Positions 46,527-60,066 of a DNA stretch of 64,000 nt are shown here, piece by piece. Position numbers and translations under genes: made by a program. Origin of the DNA: Podarcis gaigeae (lineage: Eukaryota); assembly GCA_964106915.2 (NCBI GenBank), contig OZ066917.1; one strand, given 5' to 3'. Every line of letters begins with the position of its first letter. Positions within the stretch are counted from its first letter, which is position 1. Below the pieces are notes generated by a model, which worked only from the letters and a program-made list of their open reading frames with translations, had not been told where the DNA came from and did not search any database.

Positions 46527-49500
46527 ACACTATCATCATCATCCACTAAGTTCCACTCAGAGTCGACCCACTGAATTGGGTTTATTAACTGCAATGGGTC
46601 TACTCTAAGCAGGACTAGCATTGGCTATGTCTGCTAAACATACGTCTCGACTCAAAAAATAAAAGGAAGAAAGTCGCTTGGCATCAGTGAGACATATTGC
46701 CATGTGGATTGTGTTGAGGGCAAACGCGAAAAGCTGGGGCTGGTACTAATAATGCTTCGATGAGAGGCAGAAACGGTTTCCACTGGCTGCGGTTTGGACG
46801 GCTCAGAGTCTGGTTAAGTTGGCCAGTATCCTTCCATCATTTTTTTTTTAAATTATTGACGGAGGTTTCCTGGCAGAAATATTCTTCTAGCGTTCCGCCC
46901 CACCTACAGAGAGACGTTTCTTTTCCTTTTAAAATTTTGTGCAACTGACCTGACTCCAGCCAAAAGGGGATGTGGCCACCGGGAGTGAAGCTACGCGGGC
47001 AATAAATTAGCCTTCTCTCGGTAGCTCTGAGGTCTTTCCAAAGGTCCCTGCACTGTTGATCTAATTCATTCAAGCGGCGGCCTCTTGGCCGCGCTTTCCA
47101 TTCCGATCCTAAACCATTGTCCTCTTACTGACTCCAAGGGCGCGGCGGCTTCTAGCTAAAGGCGGTTAGGATCGCGTGTTGCTCGGGAGAGAATCCTGTG
47201 GAAATCTAGGTATAGTACCCTCCCCGTCAAAAAAAAACACCCGGCAGAGATAGCGGTGCTACATGGGACCTTTGTGGCGAGTTCGAATCCGTCTGTTAGT
47301 GTTGGATACCCACGTATGTACGTGTGTGTGTGTGTGTAGGGGTGGAATGGGTGGAAAAGGCAAAGCGATATTCGAGGCATGGAATTTGGACATCATCTTT
47401 TCCAAGGGAAAGTACAGAGAACGGAACTCGAGCAATACCAAACCCGGGAAAGATTTAACTGCGTAAAATGAGCGGCGCCTTCAGAAACCGGATTCCAGCG
47501 CTGCATCGGAGGCTTTTCGATTTAACTGGGGAAGCAAGCAGCGCACACACATATTTGCACTTCTGGTGCCGCACTCCCGGCCCGCTTTCCTCTCCTGTCT
47601 TCAATTTCTTTCTAAAACTTATATTCTCCATAAGTTAAGATTCAGGTTAAAAAACATCAGGAACCACGGTCACCTCCCGCTTTCGTTTGTCCCCATTAAC
47701 AACATTCACAAGTGAAGGCGCGCATCTCATGGTCACTTGTGAAAACCGCCCCTATATTGGTTTATCAAATGCGACCCGCGCCTCGATCCTACATGGCCAG
47801 GAAAGGTCACTTTTTCCCGGATCTTGTACGATTTTCTTCTCTAGTTAGAAATAAAGTTTATGATATTGTATGGTGTTTTTCGCGATTAATACTATCAATA
47901 ACATGAATTATTAGGACGATAGTGCCATTTATGCTTTTTGTACCTCATTTGGGAAATATCCTCCCTGAAATTAAGACCCGGCGTTCAAATTTATTACCTA
48001 GGAAGTTACACGACTTGGAACTTATTTTCAGAGAAGCTGTCCCCCTTTTCACCCCGCAGCCCTATACGTTTTTACTAGGACGCAAGTTCTATAGCGTTCA
48101 GTAAGGCTTACTCCCAATAAAACGCCCCCAGGTTGCACCCAAACAGATCTCTGTGTCTATATGTCTATTCAGAAGTAACCCCCATTAAGTTTATCGGATC
48201 TGTGGAAGTGGAAGGCTTATTTCGTAATAAATGCAGTACGCCACGGAGAGCTGGAAAGGCTCATTGAGTTTTGGCACTTTCTGCTTGGGGTCGAGGTGCG
48301 TCCAAGGCGTGGGGCCAGGATCCAAAGCTTCACTTTACTTGGCAGGGCTTTTTCCAGGGGACTCCTTTGCGGAGGAAGCGCGCTGGAGAGCTGCCGCCTT
48401 CCTTGGAAGTCAGTTCCCCCTGGAAAACAAAGAAACTTCCTCCCCAAGTTTCTCCGCTTGGGAGGCTGCGCGCGGGTCGCTCCATCTCGGAGGATGGCGA
48501 AGGACGTCCCCTCTCCCCTCCCAGCCCGCCTCTCCTCTTTCCCCTGCAGCGCCTTTGGCCACGGCTCCCTCGGCCGCCCTGCGCTCGGCTTGTTTCCTTT
48601 CCAAGGTGCCTTCATTGTCCCGACAGGTCTATTAAGGCTGCGTGGAGCTATTTCTCGGGCCGCTCTTGAACAGTCCGTTGCTCAAACACAACAGCCAACA
48701 AGCGCCAGCTGCCAGGACAACTAAAAAAAAAGAACAAGAAGAAGAGAGAGGGAGAGAGAACCAAACCTATTATGGGGATATTTTCTGAGCAGAAAAGGGG
48801 GAGAGCTGTGTTTAATTAAAAACATTCAGGATCCCCCGAAACAATGGAGTCTCAAGTTCAAGTGGTGTCCCGTTGAAGGAAGACTTTGGCGAGGGGAGGA
48901 GAGAGAGGCGACTCCGTGTAGCCCCCCACCCTATCTGGAGGGAGGAGGGGGCTTAATTAGCTAAAGGAAAAGCTGTTTTGATTAGGAAATGCACCCCCTC
49001 CCTCTCTCCGTTTTAGCCGCTGGGTTTTTCTTCGCCTGCAGAAGCCTCTTGCGGCAAGTTGCAAAGGGAACTTGCATGGCTGCTTTTTAAAAGGCTTTGT
49101 TGCCTTGTCAAGGCAAGTTAGTGGGGGCGCATGCCCGGAATACTAAAGGGCCTTTTCACACGTGACGCCCCGAAGCGTCTTTGACCCACTGTCTCGCGTT
49201 CTTTTTTTGTACACGCGTGTGAATCCTGTCCGCGAGGCCAGGATGGGGGAGAGAAATATTTGAAAATGGAATGCGCATCCGGGACAACGGGCATTTTATT
49301 CGCGCCCTCATTAGGACCCCCTGAAGCAAGAAACCGCATTCAGCTGCACGTGTGAAAGCGCGCCGCTGATTTTCCAAAGAAGGTGACTCCGGAGTCGTTT
49401 CCAAGCTGCATGTCGATCTAAAAACCATTTTGTTCGAAAGAATCTTGAACGACGATTGGAATGGGAAGTGGTTACACTTCCAAATACAGTAAACCCATTC

Positions 49501-51741
49501 TTCCAGTCCTAGAAGCTAACGGGGAAAAGTGAATGGTGTGCCGTGAGAACGCTCCCGCCACAACTTGAACTGGTTTAATACCTCGGTTTGGAGGGATTGT
49601 CAGTTTACAACCCGATCCCAAGCACCTTTACGCGGAAGGTTCGCCACATTAATTTAAAAAGAATCTTATTTCGAAGGAATACATGTTAGCTTGCCAAAAA
49701 TAAATATCATATTAACGGACACGTGGACACGGGCAATTTAAGTTTGCAAGTCTTGCCTCAAGCCTGAACGTGTTTAGGAGACCGGGTGACAGTGGGCTCT
49801 AATTTAAAGATTCAGGTTTAACTGGCTTGTAGACCGAGCAGTTGAAAAGCTTGGGGTAGTTCTGTACTAATACATTTTTAAAGCCCGGCACTCCGATCCT
49901 AAGCAGTTTGGGAGCAATCCAGACCCACTTCGGATCAGGAATATTTCCGCCCTTCGAACTTAAAGGGGTCTAAATGCCCCTCCCCGCCGTATTTAAAACT
50001 GCCCTGCTGAAATTCAAACCTTCTATGGAAGCGGGGACGCGAAATAAGCGCGTTGCGTCCAGAACACATTTTTTGTTCGTTTATTCTCTTGCAAGCAGCA
50101 AATTATTATTATTATTTTTAATCAGCACAACCAGTTTAGAAGCATAGCTGGAGCAGCGCGCGAGTATGCGCGGGCGCGGAGTTAAGGGCAGTTTGCAGAA
50201 AGCTCCCTGCCTCCCAGGTTTGGGATTTGTCGTTGGCCTTCTTAGGGAAAAGTGTGTTCTTTGCGCCTTACCTTGGAAAGACGCCAATAAGCCAGGAAAG
50301 ACTTTATTCACAAGCATCGGAAAGGATATAGAACGAGCAGCCACTCACCCTGTGATCACTTTCTGGGCTCTGGGCTCTACAGGTGCTAGAGTCTTAGGTC
50401 CCCCCCCCCCCATGGTCATGGGATGTGGGGTGGCATGGAAGTACAGCCAAAATAATTATTTTTTACCTTGCCCCCACCCCATGGTAGTTTGGCACACATA
50501 GTACCCTTTTTGCCCTTAGGAAAGGATATCCCTAGTTCCTCCCAGATTGCATCGTTCCTGCCACCAACCAGCATCTATGCACCTTGACTGTGCGAGGCAC
50601 AGTTCCATTTGTCTTCAGAAATGCACACTCTCATCATGTGCTCCGTTTAAAAAAGCCAATTTCAGATTATATTTTTAAATAATTTGCTCATTTAGTGGAG
50701 AGAGACAATTGACTTCACCGATGGAGAAGGTTCAATTAGTGGGACTGGGGATTAAGGGTGCAGGTTTATTTTTCCTAATTATGGGGTGTTATTGTAATAG
50801 AGGCACATTTCCACAAAAGCAGTGATTGGCAGCTTTTGTTGAATTACATTGTGTGTTGCCTTACACAACTGTCTCAGAGAGGCATATATGTGTTGAGGTT
50901 TTGGTATTGTGCAAATCAGCATTTATGTATTCATGAACTGATAATCTATAACAGGAGCAATTTTATGCGCAAGAAGCAAGCCAGTGTTGTTAAGCTGGTG
51001 TAAAGTCACACCAGATCCAAACTCTGTTCAGGAGTGGGGCTTCTGAGCCAGGCTAAGGCTGGCAGAGGGAAAACAAGCCACTGAAATAGTGTTTGAGTTA
51101 CACCATCCTTTTTTGCTTGCTTAATTTATACCAGGTTAGGATCCAGTCTGTCTCCCCTCTCTGATCCTGCCCCAACCACAAACAGGAATGTCCCCTTGAT
51201 CATCCCTTTTTCAGGGTTTACACCATTTTACACCAACTGGGCTTGGTGGAGATATGCTACTGTAGCTCGGGTTGAGCTGAGGAGGAGGAAGTTAACCTAC
51301 TGGATCAGCTGGAGATCCACTAGATCCTAACCTACTCATCCCAGCAGATTTTACTGGAGGGTTGTTCCCTAAGGATGCCATCCTGTATCTACTTTCCTAG
51401 GAGTACACAATGTGCGCATAATTCTGAATAGACACTTGCATAAAATTGCAGTACACGAAGGAAACAATCAATAAAACATCCATTGACGGCCCTAGTTATT
51501 TTGTTTTCCTGTCCATTTCCTTTTCTTTGGATTATATTGTTTAAGCTGTAGGTAAACATTAATGAATTAACCAATAAATAGCAGGGATATATATCCAGCT
51601 TCTCATATATTATTGTAACTTCACATCCATGTTCCTTAAAAACACATTGAACTACTACTACTAACATTAATAGGACATGTCCGTGAGAAGGGGAGAGTTC
51701 ATTCATGTGACATCCCCTTCAATAAGTAGGAATCACCTTAT

Positions 51742-52249
51742 GGCTGGGTACACACTATAAATTGGGTTCCCCAAAAGAATCCTGAGAACTGTAGTTTGTT
51801 AAGGGTATTGGGGATTGTAGCTCTGTAAGAGTAAACGATAGGGGACACGGGTGGTGCTGTGGGTTAAACCACAGAGCCTAAGGCTTGCCAATCAGAAGGT
51901 CGGCAGTTCGAATCCCCGCAACGGGGTGAGCTCCCATTGCTTGGTCCCTGCTCCTGCCAACCTAGCACATCAAAGTGCAAGTAGATAAATAGGTACCGCT
52001 CCGGCAGGAAGTTAAACGGCGTCCGTGCGCTGCTCTTGTTCGCCAGAAGTGGCTTAGTCATGCTGGCCACATGACCCGGAAGCTGTACGCCGGCTCCCTA
52101 GGCCAATAAAGCGAGATGAGCGCTACAACCCCAGGGTCGTCCGCAACTGGACCTAATGGTCAGGGGTCCCTTTACCTTTAAGAGTAAATGATAGCTCCCA
52201 GGACTCTTGGTGGGTGAACGTGCTTTAAAGGTATGGTGTGTGTGCAGCC
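51742..52249. mobile_element. MITE (GGCTG..ACACAC / GTGTGT..CAGCC termini) split by a Sauria SINE
   Basis: Inverted termini at 51742 and 52249; internal actgtagtttg..aagggt..gctttaaa shared with the uninterrupted copy at 54353-54504. Confidence 0.65.
51842..52178 (+). mobile_element. Near full-length Sauria SINE (lacertid type)
   Basis: tRNA-like head with A box (gtggtgctgtggg) and B box (GTTCGAATCC); body gtagataaataggtaccgct...catgctggccacatgacc; tail ccctttaccttt; TSD TAAGAGTAAA(C/T)GATAG at 51826-51841 and 52179-52194. Confidence 0.92.
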
Positions 52250-52298
52250 TAAGTCAGACCGTAATAATTTGGTGAAAGGTGTGTTATAAATACCATAG

Positions 52299-52347
<49 letters not shown>
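52299..52347. repeat. (AGAT)n microsatellite
   Basis: Seen directly. Confidence 0.95.
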
Positions 52348-52348
<1 letters not shown>

Positions 52349-53589
52349 GAACTTAATAACAGGCTGCTATATCAGACCAAATGTGAGCAGATAATTCTGT
52401 TTTCAGATTAATGCCTGTGGGAAACCCTTAAACAGAGCCACAACCCTCCCCGAGTACCTCCTGCATTTTATGTTAACTCTCCATTGGTCCCACTGCCTTA
52501 AGATCAGAGCAGCCTGAGGAATCAACCCCAGAAAGACAAATGCTATTTACAAATCATAGTTGATGCAGAACTCAAGCTACGTAATTCAGAATGTTTCCAA
52601 TGGTTCCAAGTCACTGGCATTGTTTTGGAGCATGCGGCTTTGCAGCTACATTCTGTCCCACCAGACCTAAACCCAATAGCTATACTCAGGTCCACATGAC
52701 TAACTGGTCATACCAGCTTCGATGTTCTTTGCTGCTAGGACTGAAAAGGGGAAATATCACTTGTGAAACAAATGGATCCAAAGTTTAAACTTGGGAGTGC
52801 CCAGATGCACTGTGGAGATTCTTAACCTCCAAGAGGGACATGTGAGAAAATATTGCAGCATAGAGTGATTTTGTTCAGGGTTCCAGTCAGCTCTCCCTAT
52901 TCCAAACAGCTCTGCCAATTCCAAACTACTCAGTTTCATTCCCCTTCCTCAATAGGCAGTCAGCATTATGTGGCTACACAGCATGGTGAGTCCTCCTCAT
53001 GGGGGTATTTTGGGTTCCCTTCTCTTTAGGCTTCCCCCCTCCAAATATCTGTTGTACTTCTGCAAAGCTTGTCCCCAATCCTGCTGATGAGCACCTTTTC
53101 TGTAGGGTGGCCACATGTCCTGATTTACAGAGGACATTCCTCATTCCTCTATTTTAAGGGCTGTTTTATGTCTGGTTTATACATAAAGAGCCATCACCAG
53201 AAGCAAGAATGGGGGCCTTGAAGTTGCCCATCTAAACAGTAAGTACCTGGACAGGAGAATAAGCAGGCACACAGATTACTTTGATCTCAAGTCTTCCCCA
53301 GTATGGTGTAAAGTACTGTATTTCTAATTAAATTTATAGAATAGTCTTAAATTTGCATCATATGTATAAATTACATGCAAATATCACACAAATCTGTGTA
53401 TCCCCCTGCTTTTGGATGTGATGCTTCCATTTTGGCTACAGAAGGATCCCCACTCAGAGAACGAGTTCACTAGGAACTGTCACTTGAATTCTTCACATCT
53501 TTTTCTCTTTGAGCATCACAATGATTTCCATGCTTCCTTTTCAGGAAAGCTGTCTCACTAAACTATGCTGTGGTACTGTAGGAATAAGA

Positions 53590-53740
53590 GGATGCCAAAT
53601 GCTGAGGTGATGGCCAAGCACAGGGGAGGGACACCACTTTCACACCCTGCTTCTAAGCTGCCAGTGACACCTGGGTGGCTGCTGCTGGATACCAAATGCT
53701 GGACCAGATGGGCCTTAAGAGTGATCTAGCAAGGCTGTTA
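53590..53740 (+). mobile_element. Decayed CR1 3' end
   Basis: cacctgggtggctgctg...atgctggaccagatgggcc...gtgatctagcaaggct; related fragment at ~61510-61580. Confidence 0.5.
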
Positions 53741-54129
53741 TTGGGTTTGGACCTCCTGGATGCTAAATAATGGAGGAGGGTGGGGAAGAAGTCTCAACAC
53801 CTCCTGGTGTACTCAAACCAATGCAGAACAATGACTTAATGTCAGGACTGACTCAAGACATTTTCCTGTGTGAGTAATGGATAAGTTGATGGCCTCCAAT
53901 CCATTACACATAAAGAATCTGATTGGACTGGCACCATCAAGAAGATGAAAATGGCTCATAAAAAGTAGCTGTGGGGAATGACTGCACCTCCAGCAGCTGC
54001 CTCATTCTGCCTAATGGTAGGGCCAGACCTGCTTGATTGCTGGTCAGATAAAAAATAATACAGGGCTTCTGCACCTTGAATAGTTGTGCGGAAAAGGTCA
54101 CCCAGACTCTAATATGCATACTTCTTGTT

Positions 54130-54247
54130 TTGCTGTTATGTTTTACTTATTCACTTGTTTTTATCCTGTATTTTAGTCTGTGAACCGCCCTGAGGTCTTA
54201 CGATGAAGGGTGGTATAGAAATCTGATAAACAAACAAATAAAATAAA
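54130..54247 (+). mobile_element. L2-type 3' tail
   Basis: T-rich stretch, then tgtgaaccgccctgag...gaagggtggtatagaaat and an (AAAY)n tail. Confidence 0.55.
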
Positions 54248-54352
54248 GATTCTTGTATGGCTGTCAGGGACAGGAACAGCCACTAGCTTTTGCTGCATTG
54301 TGCCTAAGGCACAACAAAGAAAGCTGCCTTAAACTAGTATTTGTCCATCTAA

Positions 54353-54504
54353 GGCTGTATACAGACTATACTTTAAAGCACATTCTATGCTCATTTCCAT
54401 CCTCGGTACTGTAGTTTGTAAAGGGTTGCTGGGAGTGGTAACTTTTAAGAAGCAGGGAAATAATGTATTTCCAATGCGCTTTAAAATATAGTGTGTATGC
54501 CAGC
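54353..54504. mobile_element. MITE (same family as 51742) inserted in a SINE fragment
   Basis: taa|ggctgtatacagactatactttaaagc...gctttaaaatatagtgtgtatgccagc; the flanks rejoin to a SINE like the one at 17095. Confidence 0.6.
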
Positions 54505-54597
54505 TAGGCTACTGTTTGCTCTGGCAGACGATCTCCAGGACTTCAGACAGAGGTCTATCCCACCACCTAGTCTGGGAGGGGGGAATTCTAACCCTTA

Positions 54598-54722
54598 CCC
54601 TTGGTCTTCCAGATGTTGTTGAACTACAGCTTCCATTATCCCTGGCCACTGGCCATGCTTGCCGGGGCTGATGGGAACTGTAGTTCAGCAACATCTGGAG
54701 GACCAAAGTTTCCCCATGCCTG
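54598..54722. mobile_element. hAT MITE remnant (foldback, related to 1071-1217)
   Basis: ccagatgttgttgaactacag...ctgtagttcagcaacatctgg inverted arms and right end gtttccccatgcctg. Confidence 0.7.
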
Positions 54723-55384
54723 ATTTATGGCTTCAGCTTCCACCCCATATGTCTTATTCTATGCACTACCGGGCCTGCACAGCAGATCCTGGAATGAGAT
54801 CATTAGTCCCATTGACTTAAGCAATATTATACTGGTTTGTACTCTATTACATAGTATAACTGGTTTGTAGATCAGGCTGGTTGTTAGTTCCCATGGGAAC
54901 TTCCCATTTTCCACTTGCAAGTTGATTTTGTTTCAATGACTGGGAAAGTTGGCCTTGATTTGACAAAAAAAGAAAAGGGGGGGAAACAAGAAAAGGTAAA
55001 CAAGCAAATAATAGTAGTATCCTTGTTCCAATGTTTATGTTCAACCTCCAGGGCTTAGTAATATTAAGGAGTCCTCATACTTCAATTTTCTTTAATTTTT
55101 GTTTACCCAGATTATGTTTTCTAAGGCACTGGGAAAACTCCCACACAGGAAACAGCCCTTAGAAGAGTAAATATCTCTGCTGAGTGTTCCACAAAGACGC
55201 TGTTGTATAGTCTCTCTGCGAAGCCAATGATACTAACAACAGTAATAAAAACATTCTTTTTCAGAGAATTGGCGTCCAGTACACCCAGCTATGCATGTAC
55301 TAAAATATTGTATTTGAACCAATACCTGTGGAAGGATTAAGCTTGCTGGCTAAATACCTGTGTAGAATGAAGTATAATATCACC

Positions 55385-55500
55385 AAAGGGGTAGCTATGT
55401 GAGTCTGCTGCTGCAAAAACAACACTTCTTGTGGCGAAGAGACTAACAGACTGATTTATTATAGCAAGAACATTTGTGTGACCTCATCAGATCCATGAAA
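55385..55500. mobile_element. Penelope-like terminal fragment
   Basis: gtagctatgtgagtctg..gcaaaaacaac..cttgtggc..agagactaac..atttatt; second copy at 63405-63522. Confidence 0.5.
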
Positions 55501-56229
55501 CATTATTCTCACTTGGCAGATACCTATGAAGCCTATCACCCCAGGCCAAGTTGTAGATCAGCAACATCTGAGGTGGCGGTTGGGGTGGGGTAGGATGTGG
55601 AGAATGGTTCTCGACTCTTGATATATATGTATATGTACTTATTCACACAGGCATTTGATTCCCTGACAATAAGAAATACGTGAAGAGGCTGGGAAGAATA
55701 CACGGGCCAACCCCATTCTCAGCTGCCAGTGCATATATCAAGCATGTTCCCCAATCACTGTATGTTCAGTATCAGTTTGTAGAGAGATGCATGCACATGT
55801 ATAAGCTTTCCTCCATGGGGATGGAAACCCTGATTGAGCAGGATTCCCATTCTCACGGAAGAAGCCCTATGCATGTGAACACATGGCCACCTTTAGACTG
55901 ACGCTGAACACAGGTTTTCATTAACCCCTTCATGTGTTTGGTGCCCACAGATATTGGACACCTGAACAGAGCTACATACACCTGGTACAGAGACAGTTCT
56001 ACCTGTGGACCAACTGCTCAATTCTGCTTGGAAAGAATCCAAAACGCTGATTAAATCTGAATTAATCAACCAGCAATGCCAACACGATTTCCTAGGCCCA
56101 GTATACTGATGGATTGAGCCCTCTACATAGACCCACCCACAATCTATTGGCAAGATCTAGCTTTACCTCAGGAAAGGCTGAACCTAGGAACCTGGTGCAA
56201 TTTTCATACTTGTTTCTAGTGGTTAAATA

Positions 56230-56650
56230 AAGTTAACCTAGCCTACCTCAGAGGGCTGTTGCAAATATAAAAGGGGGAGGGGCATTTAAGATGCACAATT
56301 TTGAGCTCCTGGATGGCAGGATACAAATCTACTATATCACAAATCACGTGAAGAAAAATAGACATGCAAAAGCCAGAAAAGCAGCTCCACCTTGCTTTTA
56401 CCGCAATGTTTCATAGTCAAATTTACTACAAACCCCCCCCCCCAAGTCTGTCAACTCTGATGAACAAGCAAACAAGCAAACAAACAAACAAAACTCTAAG
56501 TATGTGCACATTTACAACTTTGGCATCAGAAAAACCAACAATCAGCCTAGTCTACATCACTGGGCTGTTGTGAAGATAAAAAGCGGGAAGGGGAAGGCAA
56601 CATACACAGCTTTGAGATTTTGTGGAGCGGGGGCAGCAAAATATAATTAT
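56230..56650 (+). mobile_element. Two decayed SINE 3' parts (MIR/core-like)
   Basis: cctagcctacctcagagggctgttg (~56237) and cctagtctacatcactgggctgttgtgaagataaaa (~56546). Confidence 0.5.
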
Positions 56651-58506
56651 ACAACAACAGGTGATAAATACTCTAAGAGTGTGCAGTTTCACAACCCTTA
56701 GCAAAACACAAACGAACAACATTTTGCTCTCTTTGTTGAATAAAAAAATTGCTTTAAAGTTGGCTTATGGGGCACTAATGGTAACTTGTTGCAGTAATAA
56801 GGTGCTTTTTAATTTTTTTGGCTGTATTTGCTTATTCATTTTGCATTTTATATTTTTGCTTTACTGTATATTAATAAATAACAGCCTGGTGATGACAAGC
56901 AAATAAGTAGTGAGGGGGGTGGGACATGGAAAATTGGAGCGGGGCGGTGGCGGCGCGGAACACGTCATTGAAATGTCACTATTTTTTCTTAGTAGGAAGG
57001 AAGCACCATTCATTTCAAGGAAGTTACTTCCAAGTAAAGCATACCAAGCAGCACATTTGGGGAGTGAATGAAATAATGTGGACAAGGTGGAAAGTGCTTA
57101 AGCAAACATACCGCAAGGCAGACTCTCCTCCATCCAGCATCATGCTAGCAGCAACAAGATTCTCTGGTTTCTTCCTGCTTCTCTAAGAGGCCTCCCTTCC
57201 GAGGGGTGGTCAGCATTCCTTCCTCTGATTGCTTAGCAACACTGATTAAGCATCCTTAGCAACAGCAGCTTCTCTGTATCTGCCATCTTGGAACTGTGCT
57301 TCCATGTTTTGTTTTCTAATTTTCTTTAGAAATGCTCGATTTACCTTCATTTTTTTTTTAAATGAAAGCTCAGAGTCTGGGGGCCCTGCTTGCTTGGGGC
57401 TTAGTACATGTGTACCCCATTGGAAACTCTGCGAATAATTCAAAAATGAATTCTGCTTCAGCCGTTTCACTCTGGAGCTCCTATCTGAAGCCTTTTTTTT
57501 AATTGAAGGACAATGTCTCTGAGATCATCAGCGGAATATCCTGGGAGACTGAAATGTTCTCCCACTGGCTTCTGAATATGGTCATTATTCTTAGATTTCT
57601 GTCCATTTACTGTCTTGCTTGGAGACTGACCGGTTTCTTGCTTGCAGATGGCAGAAGGTCATTACTGGCCTTCGATGGCAAACAGAATATTTCATGATGA
57701 GGAAGTTAATGAGTCCCCAGTGTTATCAAGGCCACAGTCTTTAACCTGGAAATAAGCTCTGTGGAACTCCAAGAGACTACTTTCTGAGCAGACATGCAGA
57801 AGACGGTGCTGCCGAGTCCTGTAACAGTGTTGCCTATGGAGATCTAGGAAAATAATGGTTTCATTTTAGGGCCTAGCCCTTGAGTTCGGCCCTCTCCTAG
57901 ATAAGCCTTTGTAGCTTTGTGAGAGCCATTTTATAAAAATAAACTGACTGTGAGGATGGGCCTACTGTCCAAGGTGTTTTCAAAGGCCCTGACTTGCCAT
58001 TTCTGTCTCTCCTCCTGTTCTCTTTCCTTTTGGTTATTAAAATTTTGTAACAATATTGGGCGGTAGATCAGGAACCTTGGAAAAATCTTCAGTTATTGAA
58101 AGCAGACTTAAAACAAACATCCAGGCCTCCTCCAGACTCCTGTGAAGAAGGCCCTCTTCCTCCTCTTCCAGACTGACTTCTGGAATTTTCCTAGAGGCAC
58201 AGGCTACTGAGCATGTGGTGTTAGTAAGGAAGAGGGGTTCAGTCAAGATGCCCTTTGTTTGTTTTGCAATGTATTCTCCTGCTCCCAATAACGCTAACAG
58301 CATGGGTTACATACATGTGCAAGCTTAGAATAAACCCTAGGTCTCGTCCATCCATTTTGTAGTTTTAAGAAACACACATTATGGAATTCCTTCCGGTAGG
58401 AACCCCCACTCAAGGGAACGGAACAAATGTATCTGCATTGAAAGGCTTTTGGCTGTAAAATATAGATCTCAGATGTATTCTGAGAGGAACCTTGAAGCAT
58501 GTAGAT

Positions 58507-58729
58507 CAGTGGTTCCCAATGTTTTTTTGGCCATGCCCCACCTAAGCATCTCTAAAATCCTGATGCCCCCCCCCCCGACATAGAATTCTTATTATTCAAA
58601 AAGTGAATTCCTGTTCACATGGAGGAAGCCTAAAAGGTCATTAACTTGGTCTAAACGAGCTTCCAAATTGCCCCCCTTAAAAATCAAAATGTCCCCTGTG
58701 GGGCATGTGTCCCATGTTGGGAACCATGG
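58507..58729. mobile_element. Non-autonomous hAT (Charlie-like) MITE
   Basis: TIRs CAGTGGTTCCCAA / TTGGGAACCATGG; 8-bp TSD ATGTAGAT (58499-58506) / GTGTAGAT (58730-58737). Confidence 0.85.
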
Positions 58730-60020
58730 GTGTAGATATATGTGACAGTCAGCAGTGCCGAATTAAACCTTGTGGAAGGCCCATGGCAGTTTAAATCTTG
58801 GGGAGTGGGGGGAGGCTCACAAGTTATCTCCTAATAAGTTTTTGTAATTTTCTTTCAAAATCAAATCAATATTATTTTGATCTGTTGTTGTGGGGCCTCT
58901 AAAAGGCCCATAGGCCTAGACTATTTGATAAATCCAGTTTCTGGAGTGAAGTCTGTTGCCCAGCTGTGCCACGGAGATGGCGAGTGAATCTGTTTTGGGG
59001 ACTGGTCTCGCCTCTGATTGTTGCTGTTGGTGGGGAAGTTGTTAAAAACGTTTTAATGGGGTTTTCCACAGGCCTCCTTTCCTGTGGGTCCTGATGATGA
59101 CAGTGCAATTTGTGTCTCTCAGATAAAGAGAGGGGGGAAGGCTTTAGGTACCAGAACTGCGGAAGCGTTATCTTATCAGTCATGCTTACTGTGGATTTCC
59201 TACACACTGTGAGGCCCTGAAATATATCCCTGGCAAGGCAACTGAGCTGAAGAGTCAATGGGTCTCCAAATCTGCAATAACTGTGGGTGATAAAGGATCG
59301 CTGTCCTGACAAAGCAGCCAAAGGTCGGGGAAAGCCACAAGACCAGCCACTCCTGAGCCTCTTCGGCTTCTACAGCCCAGCAAACCCCAAAGTTGTCCTG
59401 GCAATGGTAAGAGCATCTCAGCCAGAAGCAGCTGGGCAGGGATGCAGGGAGGAAAGGCGAAGGGGATACTACAGGCCTTGCTGCCTCACGGAAGTTATGA
59501 GGTGGGTGAGACCTTTGCTGTTCCTGTGAAGAGGCAATTAAACACAGAGCAGGGAAAAGGCTATGAGAGTTGTGTGGTATTTTTCTAGTGCCCATAGAGA
59601 ATGAGAACTAGTGTGGTATTGCACAGAATTATAAAGAACCCCCTTTGTCTGAGGTGGAGTGAATACTGGCCAGAGGGGGTGAAGGCCTTGACCTGCTGCC
59701 GCGTCTATCAGGATGAATTCTTCCTCAGTATCTAGTTAGGTTATTTGGTTTATACTTTACTTTGCCCTGGAAAAGGTGAAGAAGCATCCATTTGATTAGA
59801 GTACGGCAACTGTATATTATAATGACTGTCTATCCTGCAGTTATTAAAGTAGTGAATGTATATAGACCAAGAAAATTTTATTAAAAGAATAAGTTAAGAC
59901 AATTTGGAGTATGCAGGAAAGGACGAAAAGAAATGTACAGAACCGCAGAAAGAGGGGGAAGGGAGTCGAAGTTGAAAATGTTAAAATTGTGGTTAAATAA
60001 TTGTAGATGTAGATAAATGA

Positions 60021-60065
<45 letters not shown>
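60021..60065. repeat. (AAT)n microsatellite
   Basis: Seen directly. Confidence 0.95.
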
Positions 60066-60066
<1 letters not shown>

